64,000 nt of DNA from Eledone cirrhosa (GCA_964016885.1 OZ024740.1:221588001-221652000), one strand, 5' to 3'. Numbered from the stretch's first letter, positions 39,698 to 54,185 are shown. The notes: generated by a model not told the origin, from the sequence alone. Numbers and translations: made by a program.

Positions 39698-41125
39698 CAG
39701 CAAGAAGATTTTGGATAAAATCATCCCACAAATTAAACACAAGATACACCTTAAACAATGGGGAAATACGGGTGAAGTGATTGAATGGTTCAAGGATATC
39801 AAGAATAATAAGGACAACAAATTTATTCAAATTGATATCAATTCATACTACACCTCTATTTCCCCTATCCTATTAAATAACGCACTTATCATGGCCATGA
39901 GCAATAGCGACCTGACTAGAGCCCAGGTTGATGTCATCCTTGCGGCCCGTAAAACCATAATCACCTTCGAGGACCAACTATGGACACGCAAGGATACGCA
40001 CAACAACTTCGACATAACCATGGGATCTAGTGACTCGGCGCAGGTCACTGATTTGGTCGGCCTATACCTTCTCAATGAAATCCATAAGGACCTCCCTTAC
40101 CTCAACGGTGGTTTGTACCGAGATGATGCACTTCTACTTATAGAATATAAAAAAATTTAATATAGAAAGAACTAGAAAACAATTGCATAAGACATTCAAA
40201 AACTTTAACCTTAGTATCACCATGGACAAAAACACTAAAAATGTTAACTTCCCAGACGCCACACTATACCTAGACTCAAAAATATATACACCTTTCCATA
40301 AGCCTAACGAGAAACTTATTTATGTAGATACCAAGTCTAATCACCCTAGATCAATATTAAACTCTATCTCTAAGGGGGTGTCCAAGAGAATCTCTAGTCT
40401 GTCCTATGACGCAAACATATTTAGCAAAAACTCACAATATTACAATCAAGCATTAGCTAGCTCCGGCCATAATATAGAAATTGAGTTCCTACCTAAGAAA
40501 ACACATAGCTACAACATCATCTCGCACAACATATCCATGAGGAAACCTAATAATAGGAATAGTAACCACAAGTACACCAAAGCGGAGGGTGCCACCGGAA
40601 GTAACCATTACCATGGAAACTACTGTGGTGCCTTAGGAAGAAGCAACACACCAAACACTAAAAGCAAAAATAGAAGAAGAAATAATACTTTTTTCAACCC
40701 TCCTTTCAACCTAAATGTCTCCACCAACATACCTAGGGCTTTCTTCTCACTACTAGATAAAAACTTCCCTCTAGGACACAAGTACCACAACCTCTTAAAC
40801 AAAAACACCATTAAAATCTCATACTCTACGACGCCTAATTTAGCATACCACATAGCTAGCAGCAATAATAGTAAAATTAATTCTTACTTCCAACAAACAA
40901 AATCACAACAGGATGCAAACCCTCTAAATACCTCTGTAGCAAGCAACCATAGCAACGGCAGTAACAATAGAAATAACACTAGTATAAGTAATAACACCAG
41001 GGTTGACAACCCGAACGCCCAAAATCCTATAGCTACCACACAGACTTCCGCAGTGCATTTTAACCAGCAGACTAACGCACAGGATAATTGTAACTGTAGA
41101 GCTAATAGAACCTGCCCTTTAGGTA
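39690..41125 (+). mobile_element. PLE fragment H (Hydra-clade-like RT through CNC linker), truncated at both ends
   Basis: [63 protein letters not shown]. Confidence 0.85.
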
Positions 41126-41129
41126 TATA

Positions 41130-41410
41130 AGGTTCAATTCCACTGTGTGGCATTTGGGGCAGGTGTCATTTATTAGAACATCGGTTCGATACAAGATTTG
41201 TGAATAAAATAAGGTAGACTGATGGGCTGCACCTGTAATTGAAAGGGCTAGCCTTGTCATGCTGAATCTACTTGACAATTCTGTTAGGGGTACACGTGCC
41301 TGTGAATCGCTCAGTCATTTTACACTTGCATGTTAATTTCATGGAAAAGGTTATTCAATTGATCAACATTTTGGAACGATCATCGTCGAAAATGACGGAG
41401 GCCCATTCCA
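41130..41410 (+). mobile_element. Degenerate SINE truncating element H
   Basis: B-box-like GGTTCAATTCC immediately after the CPLG codons. Confidence 0.4.
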
Positions 41411-41811
41411 TTCCCGTTGAAGCACTACTACATAACGGCCATCTCGATCAGCACAGTGAAGGAATGTTAATATATACTGGAGATTAACGTCATTTCCATA
41501 TCCTGACGTGTGTTGTTATGGTTGGGGGAAGCCGTCGTCATATCGTATCGTATAGCACCTGAGTTACTATCGATCACTAACTAGCTAGCTTGCTAGCCTA
41601 CGTCACTCTACATTGCGCATCATATAAACAGCCAAACACACACACGGACACACACACACGCACACAGACGTAGACACACGCGCTCGCGCATGTGTGGTAT
41701 CTATGTATTTGCGTGTGTAAGTGCGTGAGTATATATATATATATATGTATAATATATATATATAATATATAAAAATATAAACTTTATATATATATTTATA
41801 ATATATATAAG

Positions 41812-41885
<74 letters not shown>

Positions 41886-41972
41886 GTCAATACTCATCTT
41901 ATTCCATTTCTCCGAGGGTTCTTAACCCCACTATCAGGCTTTAGTTAAAATACGGCGATAGCTTACATTTCT

Positions 41973-42044
<72 letters not shown>

Positions 42045-42176
42045 ATATACATACATACATACATACAGTCGGTTTCTACGTTAGAAACCGTCTTTCTATT
42101 GGTAAAAATTTATAAAATTATAAAACCAGAAGAACATACATACATATATGCATACATACATACATACATACATACA

Positions 42177-42210
<34 letters not shown>

Positions 42211-43056
42211 CATATACATACATGCATGCATACATACATACATACATGTTTAGTTTCCGGTCTGTATTTCTCTTCCCACCTCTATATAAAAGAGAGCTGT
42301 AGGAGTAAAACAAAGAGAAACAGACAGAGAGGGAGAGAGGGGGAGGGTGCGAGAGGGAGAGAGAGGGGGGGATAGAAAGTGAGAGACAGCTAGAGAAAGA
42401 GAGAAAGAGATAAGTTGATCGATAGATAGATAGATAGATAGAGAGAAGGAGAGAGAGATAGAAAGAGAGAGAAAAATAGAGAGAGAGGGGAGGGAAGGAG
42501 AGAGAAAGAAAGGGAGAAAGAGAGAAAGAGAGAAAGAGAGAAAGAGAGAAAGAGAAAGAGCTAGAGAGAGGGAGAGAGAGAAAGAGGAAAAAGAGAGATT
42601 GTTTAAGTGTTTTAATGAATGCGATTTTAATACAAATTTACGCCCGGCGTAAAATATATGATAGCACGGAAGAAATACATATATGAAAAACAAAGAAGTA
42701 TTGAAATGGATATTATTGACAAATAAATATATAGCTATGTAAATGAAAGGAATAAATAAAAATATATATGCTAAAGCTGGTATAATGATTGCAGCAACAC
42801 GTTCATCATTACACGCCACCACTAACACACAGAAAAAACACCTGCTTTTTACCCAGTGCAACTGCATACATTTAGGTTAAAGCACTGGAAAGTTGTGTCA
42901 GGAAAACTACCTGAGCGTCATATGGTCTATGGAAGAAATACCGGCGCCATGACAACCAGCTATGACGTCAAACTGTCTTTGAAAAGTGTAGGCGAAACCT
43001 ATTAAACAGGTACGCTTTATTGTCAACGCTTAACCGAGTATTACTATTATGGTGTG

Positions 43057-43180
<124 letters not shown>

Positions 43181-46129
43181 TATAGTGTTTCAATACTGTT
43201 GTTGCTGCTATTATTGTTTTGTTATTGTTTAAAAATGAAAAAAAAAACAAATAAAAAAAAACAATCATTATCATTATTATCTGAATAAAGAAATCATCAT
43301 CATCATCATCACATCGTTGTCGTCGTTGTTGTCGTTGTTGTTATTATTATTGCAGCTGCTGCTGTTGTATATTTAATCATTTGATTCTCCCTGGTGTTGC
43401 TGAGCACCTAAGGGTTATTTATTTTCATTCATTTCTCGAGAATATAAATTATCTTTGTAAAGGCTGCAGTCAAGTATTAAGTAGAATATATTAAAACAGT
43501 GTAGCAGGAAGCTGGATATGTTCTCATTTCTGCCAGCTAATAAAACGTTACGAAGAACAGTAATATTCTCCATTCGGCCTCATTAAGTCTGAATAAACTT
43601 ATAAAACACACGAGAAAATGGGTTAAAAGACGAGTGCTTGACCCTGTCCTTCGACTGTAAGAATGTCATGGGTTAACTTGGCTGACCGAGATCTACTCAA
43701 AAACTTAAGGCATCGACAGGACTGTTTCAGCGTCGAACAATATGGCTACTATTCTTGACTGATAAATCACTTACTATACAATCTTGAATATTTTATTGCT
43801 GTTTAGTTGTTTGCAACAAACTTTCGTATCAGTCCTATTTATTTAATGCTAGATTCTTAACGCATACACTGTTTATAATAAGTGGTACTTCCTTACAAAT
43901 GTTTCTATGAGTTAAAAGAAGTCCAGCTGCAAATAAACATCTTATGCAAGACGCCACTGTTATCACGGTCTGAACTAAGAATCGGTTAATTTCACATTCA
44001 AAGAAACACTTAAATCTAACCGTATTGACCAAACATTACTGCACAGCTCTATGATATCCTTCACACTAGACTGATATAACACTGATAGCTTCCCCTAATC
44101 ATTCGATAACAAATAATTTACAATGAATCAGTTACTCTCGCCTTAGTGACGGCGATTACATTCATTCATTGAAACCTGCGATCATTTAGCCGATACAGCA
44201 AACAAACTTAAGATGGCGCATGAATGTCTGAAATATACAATCCTATGCAGAATGAGAGCGTCACCACCCAACATTAGGTTTTGGCTCACACATCGACACC
44301 CCATTGATTCTAGATGTTTGTTTATATTTTCAATATAATTTTTGTTCCACTAGCGCCAATATTCTATATGATTTTGTGCTTATTTTGAAGCAACAGAACA
44401 TTTCCGAACCCAGATCAATTCATCCTTTGTTTAAGTTAAACTAGTATTTTTATCAACTGCATATGGTCTATATGAAGTTGAAGTCGTCAATATTATCACG
44501 GTCTGAACTGTATTTTTCACATTCTGTGTTCTTTCAATGACTCGTCTCACACTTCCCAGTAAATACGGTACAAGAAAATAATCATGCCACGGGCGGTTAA
44601 AGAATTTCTATAACTTTCTGTTAAATATTTTACGGGGCTCCAACTTGTACAAGCTGAAGCTATGCTACTCGGGGAAAGATAACGTATTAATGAATATATA
44701 ACGTTGAAAGAGATAGAAGGTTAAACAATGCAAAATAGACTGTAATATGTGGTAACGAAAAGTAAGTTACCTGGTAATTGTTTTGTTTTGTTGTTGTTGT
44801 TCTTTTTTCTGTCCAATATTTCGGGACCTAAAAGTCCCTTCTTCAAATTTTAAAGAACTTTCAATGTTCCAATTTCCTCTCTTTTGGTATTAAATTTTTA
44901 TTTTGATTAAAATATTTTCAAAGTCGTTTTCAAGCGTTTTTTTGTGGTTATTTCGCTTTCCACGTGAATGACGTCAATTACCAATATAGTATTTCGCGAA
45001 ATCAATTTTCTTTTTTGTATGATATGTTTAGTTTGTGTGCCTGTGGGTGTGTCTTTTTATGTCAAGTATTGTGTGCTGAGTTCTAATCTATTATTTGTTT
45101 GCGGGTTGAGTCTACGTATGAGCGAGGCTTCCTTAATTCTTAAGTTGCCCACATTTCTATCACTGACTTTAATAGTAACGATAATATGTTGGTTGATATT
45201 TCTACATTTGTCAATGTGTTTTTGAATGTTTTATGTATAAAATATATTTTTAAAAAGACCAGTCAAGAATGATACGAATTAGCAGTCAATACATATGGCA
45301 GAGTAAAGAGTTTATGTTTCAAAGAAACAAGTGGCAATGGCTTCGAAGTTTTGGTTGTATTTAGCTTCCTCCTACGGCAGCCAGACTAGGCGAATTACAA
45401 CTGGACTGTTGAAGTCTCTGTCACGTTTTCCTTTCAAAAAGAAAATATAGTCGTTGAATCAAAAGAGTTTGCTTTCATTTGCACTTCCAGAGAAGTATTA
45501 AAAGGAAGCAAACCGTTAGTTGTTGGTGATATTTAGCAGTTTCGGACGAGAGTATTCGTGGTTATAATTTTTCTTCGTTTTTGTAACATCTCTATTGTTA
45601 TTCCTGTTCTAGTTGCTGCTGTTGATTTTATTTAACTCCAGGTCAGCAGTGCAGATTGAGATTTATTCTTAAATATGTTCTAATCGTGACCATCTATCTT
45701 TTCCCCAGTAACACATCTAACGTGTTATTGTTTTCCAAAAAGGTAGGATGTAATTAGATATGGCTGCTATTGCTAGCAGGTCATATGATCACATAGGAGC
45801 CGTTGCTGCTTGTGCGTGATTGTTGTTTAATAGATCGCTACACGTTCCAGCAATTTCCTCTGAACCACAGACAACAGAAAACTTGAATTTGATGATTTAC
45901 TAACAATTAAATTGTTCATGTTTAACAACTCTTTTTCATGTGAATCTAGATTATCAGTTCCTCAACACTAGGACATTGTTGTTGTTGTTGTTGTGTTGGC
46001 ATAGGTCAGCCTTGATAAAGCAGACCTTTAGTCAAAAGTGTTCTAGTCATAATCATCCTGTCTTTTCTTACTCTCAATCGCTTGACATTACTGAAACTGG
46101 GATAAGCACCGACTTGATGAGTTTCTGGG

Positions 46130-47800
46130 CTCGAGACAGATTTTAGATGTTTAAGAAGCCAATCTCACAAAAGTATGTTGATAAAATGGCAGAAGTATTT
46201 TCAGAGAAACCATTCCAGAGTGCCATCTTATTATGAGGATCGTGCCATCAAGGCATTCGCCTAGAGATTTAAGATATGTTAACAACGTAGTCATACGCAG
46301 CCTTGAACACTTCACAACTACAGTATGTATAATTGTAAGTGAGGAAATTTCACTTCAAAGTGAGAATAACGATTTCGGTGTTATCTCATACCACTTCAAA
46401 GTGAGAATAGCGATTTTATAGTGTTACTTAAGGAAAACCTAATCAAGAAGGCAAACATCTTAATATTGTTACTCCGCCCAGCATGGAAGCACTGATCCCA
46501 ACAGAATTTCATCCTTACTTACATAAGGTGCAGTTTGACGCAGAACAATTTCAAGGGTAGGAATATATTTTTACATTCGACAATGTACCTAGACACCATG
46601 GCATAACATTTTCTATCGTAGATACCCACAACTGCAATCTGAAATGCTTGTTCCGCTGAATTTAATAGAGGGATACATTTAATGCTTAAAATACACACTG
46701 AAAGCGGAACTTTCCCAAACAAGCATTTTTGCAGAAGTAGCAAATAACACTGTATCTGTATCAAAGTTACAGGCAGAGATGATATTATCATAAAATTAAC
46801 ATTGGGTGCTGTTGCCGTGATTACTCCTGTAAAAAATGGAATATTTTAAGAGATTTTTGCCTTGTTGCTTGGCCAATGAAAACTTGTAACTAACCAAGCA
46901 TTCTACAAATGGCGATATGATAATATCAACACTTTTTTCATGAACTCTGTTATTCTCTCGAAGTCTCATGCTCAAAACCTTTTGTATCAATCTAACATTG
47001 AAATCGCTCTTCCCGCTTTTAAGTCGTAAAATCTCATTTTGAAATACATCATCTCACTTGGAATTGATATGTCCTCAGTCAGAATTATAAGTACGCTAGT
47101 TGTTTTGCATAGTGAAGAAGAGAGTCAAACCCTCTTCTTTAAAATCACCCATAAGAACTACTATATTAACAACGTCCATAATTTTATCAAGTCGCAAAAA
47201 AGAAGATATATTGCTAATTTAATCTGTCCTATGATTTGATCTTTCATATCATATTAGCAAAACTCCTGTATTAGTATCATCTGTAATTCTATCAAGCTAC
47301 AAAGAAATATATATTGCTAATTTAATGTATCTTGTGAGTTAATCCTCCATACTATACCATCAAAGCTGCCATATTAGCAACGTCTGTAACTTTATCAAGC
47401 GACAAAGAAGAATATTTGGCTAATTTAATCCGTTGTATGAGTTGATCGTACATATCACGAGCTAGATCGTAAATTCGTCAAGATGTAGTATCATTTAAAA
47501 GTGCCAGCCTGAGGCAAACTTTTTAGCTGCCTGATCGTCCAACATTTCCATTCAGACATCTTTAATAGAGACTTTTTATTAGCATCTCACCGATTGTGTG
47601 TGGCTTTATAGTCTTAGCAACTCGAAATGCTACTTCATAAGAAGCCTGCAAATTACACACTTGTGTAGAACGCTCTAACTGCATTTCTTTCAACCTGCTT
47701 TGTGGTTAAATGGTGCTTGAAGATTGATGGTGATACTGTATCATTACACAACGCATCTCTATATATTACACTACTCCAGGATTGCCAGGTTCGACTACAG
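46130..47800 (-). pseudogene. Decayed hAT (Buster/Charlie-type) transposase
   Basis: ASYEVAFRVAKTIKPHTIGEMLIK, SLSLDKVTD (LDESTD-like), STYFCEIGF dimerisation-domain motif; many stops. Confidence 0.7.
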
Positions 47801-47859
47801 GTAGTGTATCGGAAAATAATTTCTATTTTCCATATTAAATCTTGCCTTATGACATAGTT

Positions 47860-48150
47860 AAGGTGAATGGCTTATTGGGAAGGGTGCTGAACTTACGATC
47901 ATAATGTCGTGGGTTCGATTCTTGAGCTTGGTTGTATGTTGTGTTATTCACTTCATTTCACGTTGTTCCTGTGTATTCGTTTGAAAAGGAGAAAGTACCA
48001 GCAATAGCTGTGAGGTTTAACCCTGCGACGGACTGGCGTCCTGTCCAAATGGGTGGTGTCATGTACTTTCAGTCGCTTCACGCCACGAAATCGAGACAAG
48101 CATCGGCTTGACGAGCATCCTGGCTTGAGACAGACTTTAGACTTAGTCAT
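47860..48150 (+). mobile_element. Old tRNA-derived SINE (different family)
   Basis: A-box-like TGGCTTATTGG, B box GGTTCGATTC, conserved block AACCCTGCGACGGACTGGCGTCCTGTCCA. Confidence 0.55.
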
Positions 48151-48264
48151 AGAGACTTATGACATAGCATTCTCTCCCCTTGTAGCTGTGTTCGGGTATT
48201 TATATTTCACATTATAAGAAAATGCAAGTAAATGTATTCCACATGCTAACACTATGAATGAAAC

Positions 48265-48505
48265 TTAGTCCGCTTCGTGGTCATGGCGGACAGGATGGAA
48301 AAGACATTGCCTCGTCGGATGTCGAGAGAGACACGTGCGCTGGAATAGCCACTCCTCTTCGCGTGCAGCCAACTCTGCTCCGATAGCGGTGAGTAGGGAT
48401 GTGGTCTGGGGGTCAAGAAGTCTTCAATACCACAGTTTCAATCACAAACCTATCAGTGGAGGGTCGATACTAGCAGATTACGCTGCTTTTTAGGGCTGCG
48501 TGCTA
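48265..48505 (-). mobile_element. CRE-like non-LTR RLE C-terminal remnant
   Basis: EEEWLFQR.VSLDIRRGNVFSIL resembles the QR.S....RGNA..I motif. Confidence 0.55.
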
Positions 48506-48594
48506 CTGTTTTTAAAATATGGTCTACTAACTAAATGAAAACGTAATAAGTTTTGAGTATCTCATATTACCCATTATATAACCGATCAACAGGA

Positions 48595-48601
48595 ACTACT
48601 A

Positions 48602-48638
<37 letters not shown>

Positions 48639-48646
48639 GACTACTA

Positions 48647-48681
<35 letters not shown>

Positions 48682-48781
48682 ACTACTACAACAACAACAA
48701 CTACTACTACTACTACTACTACTGCTACTGCTGCTACTACTACTACTACTACTACTACTACTGCTACTGCTGCTGCTACTA

Positions 48782-48819
<38 letters not shown>

Positions 48820-48870
48820 ACTGCTACTACTACAACTACTATTACTACTGGTACTGCTGCTACTACTACC

Positions 48871-48917
<47 letters not shown>

Positions 48918-48968
48918 GCTACCTCTACTGCTACTGGTACTACTACCACTACTACTACCACTACTACT

Positions 48969-49005
<37 letters not shown>
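48595..49005. repeat. (CTA)n/(CTG)n compound trinucleotide tract
   Basis: Direct reading. Confidence 0.95.
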
Positions 49006-49425
49006 GAATAGGAATTTGTGTGGTGTCAAAATAATTGCACATGCAACAGTAATTAAAGATACTATTATTATTTAACATGATTAAATGTCAATTGTGACAA
49101 GTTTACACTAACAAAACACCATAATTATGAGGGTATACCTTCAACCATGTCCCAATTTACAACCGATTGCAAACACTATAAAAACATTAGTTATGATGTC
49201 CACCTCTTTGTACCTGTATTTAAATGATTGTATAGTTAAATTTTACATTGTGTGCCCTAACAACTTTGTTACTTACAGCGATCGGAGATGCACATTTGAA
49301 AGAACGGGTTGGACTGACTCTCCCAGCGCATCTTCGCTGCGCTCTTTGTCGGAGTAACGTATTCTGTATACCTGGACCATGAAGCAACATGTTTGATATT
49401 GTAACAAAGGACATGAAAATAAATC

Positions 49426-49478
<53 letters not shown>

Positions 49479-49571
49479 GAAGTAATTCCGTCGGAAAAGT
49501 CCAGGAAAAAAGAGTGCTCCATGTAGGTAACAGAGCTTAATAGTTATGTAATAAACAACATAAGGCTATTA

Positions 49572-49633
49572 TTTCATTTACCAGTGGTTTCTTAAAAGCA
49601 AAAAAAATGTTGCTTTCAATCATCAGAATGAAA
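49572..49633 (-). ncRNA. Canonical type-I hammerhead (mirror copy)
   Basis: Reverse complement of 49712-49773. Confidence 0.88.
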
Positions 49634-49711
49634 AAATCCTGGCGTATTTATTGACGTTGGATTTTAAAAACCTGTTTTTAAAATCCAACGTCAATAAATA
49701 CGCCAGGATTT

Positions 49712-49773
49712 TTTCATTCTGATGATTGAAAGCAACATTTTTTTTGCTTTTAAGAAACCACTGGTAAATGAAA
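49712..49773 (+). ncRNA. Canonical type-I hammerhead
   Basis: TTTCATT-CTGATGA-TTGAAAGCAA(CATTTTTT)TTGCTTTTAA-GAAA-CCACTGG-TA-AATGAAA: 7-bp stem I, 10-bp stem II, GUA cleavage triplet. Confidence 0.88.
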
Positions 49774-49866
49774 TAATAGCCTTATGTTGTTTATTACATA
49801 ACTATTAAGCTCTGTTACCTACATGGAGCACTCTTTTTTCCTGGACTTTTCCGACGGAATTACTTC

Positions 49867-49976
<110 letters not shown>

Positions 49977-50058
49977 GGAACGAGTACGCTAAGTATTGAG
50001 TACTTTGGTGCGTTATGGTCCACCTGGTTCCTTACCACATTTCTTTCGTTATATATAT

Positions 50059-50228
50059 AATTGTTTCTACTTTAGGCACAGGCCAGCAATTATCCAGTTC
50101 ATTACTGGTACTTTATTTTATCGACCCTGTAAGGATGAAAGGCAAAGTTAACCTCGGCGGGATTTGAACTCAGATTTGAACTCAGATTTGAACTCAGATC
50201 GTAAAGGGATGTAACTATGCTGGAAAGC
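50059..50228 (-). mobile_element. 5'-truncated SINE with triplicated GATTTGAACTCA
   Basis: Matches the 255-445 family. Confidence 0.8.
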
Positions 50229-50928
50229 GTATGTTGTAGCTCTGATTCATATGATTCATCGAGCGCTTGCCACACATATCGGACGTTGATTTTCGTTAAT
50301 TCCTGAGCTGAAAACGATTCTCGCTAATTTATATTTGTATTAATCTCCAGAGTCTAGCTATTGAGCAGTTAATTTTATTGATTTTTTTCAGTTACATATA
50401 TTGACTGTTGAATGGCTCTGTTATATTTAACCATTCTGTTCAGAGCTTTAATTCGATTTGTGATATTTTGCATTCTCGCAATAATACACAACTGAATCAT
50501 TCGCTTAATAGAGGTGTTACCTCCCTTGCTGAATCCCACGAGGGGTCAGTAATAGCTACACTATCTATAGCATATTGGAGCAAAACCCGTTGAAAACACG
50601 ACTGCCTTGTTCATCATCTCACCAGAAGCCCAACATTCTTTATGTAGGCGGACAGTACCTGATTTGGAGTCGCAGAAACCAATACTGGATTTTACCATCA
50701 GTCCAGGGTCCGGGAAAGTATCAACACATATATTTTTATTGTTTGACCCGAATAGCTTGGTCGTTTTGATTTTGGCTGTGCGGATGATGTGTTTAACCAT
50801 CGTCTCAGTGTGTTTGGCCCTTGGCGTATGTTGTAGCTCTGATTCATATGATTCATCGAGCGCTTGCCACACATATCGGACGTTGATTTTCGTTAATTCC
50901 TGAGCTGAAAACGATTCTCGCTAATTTA

Positions 50929-50933
<5 letters not shown>
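50227..50933. repeat. 110-bp direct repeats, period 597 bp
   Basis: 50227-50336 equals 50824-50933; the second copy abuts (TA)n. Confidence 0.85.
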
Positions 50934-50993
<60 letters not shown>

Positions 50994-51045
50994 GTATATA
51001 ATATAATATATATATATATATATATAGGTATATGTATATAATATA

Positions 51046-51138
<93 letters not shown>

Positions 51139-54100
51139 CGTTTCTGAATTTGTTTAGCAAGATTCTTTATCTGAAAACGTGTGTTGTTATGCTTTGGGAG
51201 GGTCATGTTGCCAATAAGAAACACACGCACCAGTTGCTTTCACTTCAATTTATTATAAATTAAATTTATAAATTTAGGAATTTATAAATTTCCGGGTGGC
51301 TGGTTGGTTCCACAACCAGACGGCTGTTCATATATTGTCAAAGTTCTTTCGTCACACATTCTGTCACTTCTTCAGTGACTGGGGATTATTTTCTTTGTTT
51401 TTGTGCCTCTCCTTTGTTCTGTCCTACGCCATCTTGTTTTTGTGTGTGTTGTGTGCTTAGTTTGCGCATATGTTACATCCGGGTGTCTGTGTGTGTTTAT
51501 ATTTGTTTATTATGAAAAGCACAATTTAGTATAGCTAGATTTAAACTTAGAAATATTATAGAACAGTATAGCAAGAAGCAAAATAGAATGGAGGCCCAGT
51601 AACTGGGAGAAAAATCTGCAAATGGCTTGCGTAAGCTCATGCAGCGCTCGCGTAATGGAGAGATTGCATGCTTTCCAACAGACAAGTCTGGCAGAATGTC
51701 GGTTGACAGTCTGTCAAACTGCATCCAAGCAATGCAACCCCACATCACTAACACAATAGAAGTAACACCACAAGAGCATTAGGATAGGAAAAAAATCCTC
51801 AATGTCCATATGATGATGTGGACAAATATAATGCAGCCCAACAAAAGGACTGCCAACAACTTCCAGGCCTGGAACAATGACGTGCCAGCATTGTATGGGC
51901 TTCGAAAAGACCATAAAACGAGCAGTGACCCTGTCACAGGACCACCAACACGGCCAGTCTGTGGAGCTAACATTGCTAGTAACTACAGACTTTCCTACTT
52001 CCTCTCCCTGATCATACGCCCCATCATTGAAATATCCCCAGATATATGTGACAGCACGGAGGACCTCCTCAGCAGAATCAGCGAAAGTAACCGATCTAGG
52101 GACCTAACAAACTGTATAATAGGTAGTATGGATGCTGTGTCCCTATATCCATCCATTGCCGTGGATTTTGCTGTGGAGAAATGCGTAGAAATGATCAGTG
52201 AGAGCAATGTTGAATTCCGTGGGATTGGTACCAGTGAGCTGGGACTCCTACTTAAACTTACCTATAGTAATAATTATCTAGACACATATGACCTTAGCAA
52301 CCTGTGCCCCACAAGACCAGCAAGAGGCAGACCACCCCACCATTACTTCAATGGCCAAGAAAACCGACACAGATAGATGGAACGGGTGGACCAGAGCCAT
52401 ACCGACCCCCGAAAACCACGATGAACTAAAGAAAATGATTGCACATGCGGTGAGGGCCTGTATAAAATTAACCCTTAAGGAACATATGTTCAAATTTAAT
52501 GGAAAAACAAATGCCCAAGAGAAGGGAGCAGCCATTGGTGTTAGCATTGCAGGTGACATAGCTAACCTATTCATGGTATGGTGAGACAATAAACTTAAAC
52601 TTAAACTTAAAGAACAATTAGAAGACAGCAACCTCTTAACCCTGATAATGTACTCCCGCTACGTTGATGATATAAACATCGTAGTAAAAACACCCCCACT
52701 AGAGAACAGTTAGGAATTAGAGAAAAACACCATGGAAAGCATCCAGCAAATAGCTAACTCCATCCACCAGAGTATTTGAGTTACTATAGACTACCCAAGC
52801 AAAGACCCCAATCGTCGATTACCTGTACTAGACACAGAGCTCTGGTTAGATACCATTAATAACAAAAAACAAATCCTCCATTCCCATTATGCCAAACCCT
52901 TGACTTCCAAATATCTGATCCGCCGAAACTCAGCTGTTTCGGACCACACCAAAATCAACATACTGATTGCGGATTTGGTACGGGTGATGAGAAACGTGTC
53001 CCGCATGTGCAACCCCAAAGAACTAGAGAGACACATACAACACTTCATCCACCATATGCAGTTCTCTGGTTACAATCACAGATAAAATCAGAGTATATAG
53101 AGGAGCCAGAACCAAATGGGAAAAAATGGTAAATAATGATACAAATGGGCCCTTCCTCTTGTATAGGAGCAAATTTTGGAATAGAATAGAAAGAACTAGG
53201 AATAAGGTTACTAGAATAAACTCATGGTATGATAGCAATAAGTACAAGAGTGTAATGTTCACCGATACAACCCCTAGAGGTGAATTAGCTTACAAATTTA
53301 GAAGGGCCCTACATAAACATAAACTCAATATTAAGATAGTAGAAAGACCAGGTACCTCCATAAAAACACTTATTAGCAAGACATACCCTTTTCAAAGACC
53401 TCCCTCTATAGATAAGAAATGCATAATCTGTAAACTAAGCCCCCATATTAACTGTAAAACTAGAAATGTTGTATATAGCATAAGATGTACCGAAGGACAA
53501 TGTAGAGATAAGAATATAGTGTACATAGGTGAAACAACTCGTAGTATAGGGGAACGGATAAATGAACACTGGCGAGAGCTTCAAGATAGTAAAGAATCAT
53601 CTGTACTCCACCAACATGCTAAAATAGAACATAAGGGTAAATTAGAGAACATAGAAATAAAAATAGAATCTACACACAGAAAAGACGCAATGTTTAGACA
53701 AATCACAGAAGCAATAAACATCAATGAACTCCAACCAAAATTAAATAGAAAACATGAATGGAACAGCAGCATCACAACTTACAGTTAAGGACAGAATGAA
53801 AACACACACACACATAGAACAAACAACCAACCAGTAACATGTAAATAAACAAATAAAGAAACAAATATAAACACACACAGACACCCGGATGTAACACATG
53901 CGCAAACTAAGCACACAACACACATAAAAACAAGATGGCGTAGGACAGAACAAAGGAGAGGCACAAAAACAAAGAAAAGAATTCCCAGTCACTGAAGAGG
54001 TCACCGAATGTGTGACGAAAGAACTTTGACAATATATGAACAATCGTCTGGTTGTGGAACCAACCAGCCAACCGGAAATTTATAAATTCATAAATTTATA

Positions 54101-54178
54101 AATTTAATTTATAATAAATTGGAGTGAAAGCAACTGGTGCGTGTGTTTCTTATTGGCAACATGACCCTCCCAAAGCAT

Positions 54179-54185
<7 letters not shown>
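51139..54185 (+). mobile_element. Penelope-like element F2 with inverted 5' pLTR
   Basis: FPTDKSG, LYGLRKDHK..TRPVCGA, GSMDAVSLYPSI, YSRYVDD; GIY-YIG ORF 53126-53788 (CIIC, NVVYSIRC, YIGETTRS); 51187-51510 is an inverted copy of the 3' pLTR; HHR copy at 51337-51379(-). Confidence 0.9.
53988..54030 (+). ncRNA. Hammerhead (family F, 3' pLTR)
   Basis: GTCA-CTGAAGA-GGTCAC(CGAATGT)GTGAC-GAAA-GAAC-TT-TGAC. Confidence 0.8.

Noticed and set aside
43470-44540. Possible decayed DNA transposase
   Set aside because: No diagnostic motif could be read with confidence
48553-49078. Poly-T/A/L/V ORFs
   Set aside because: Trinucleotide tract with no domain content
52570-52590. Shared in-frame TGA read as selenocysteine, as reported for some Naiad PLEs
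   Set aside because: It falls at a probable Trp position, no SECIS-like hairpin was seen, and the element has a C-terminal endonuclease
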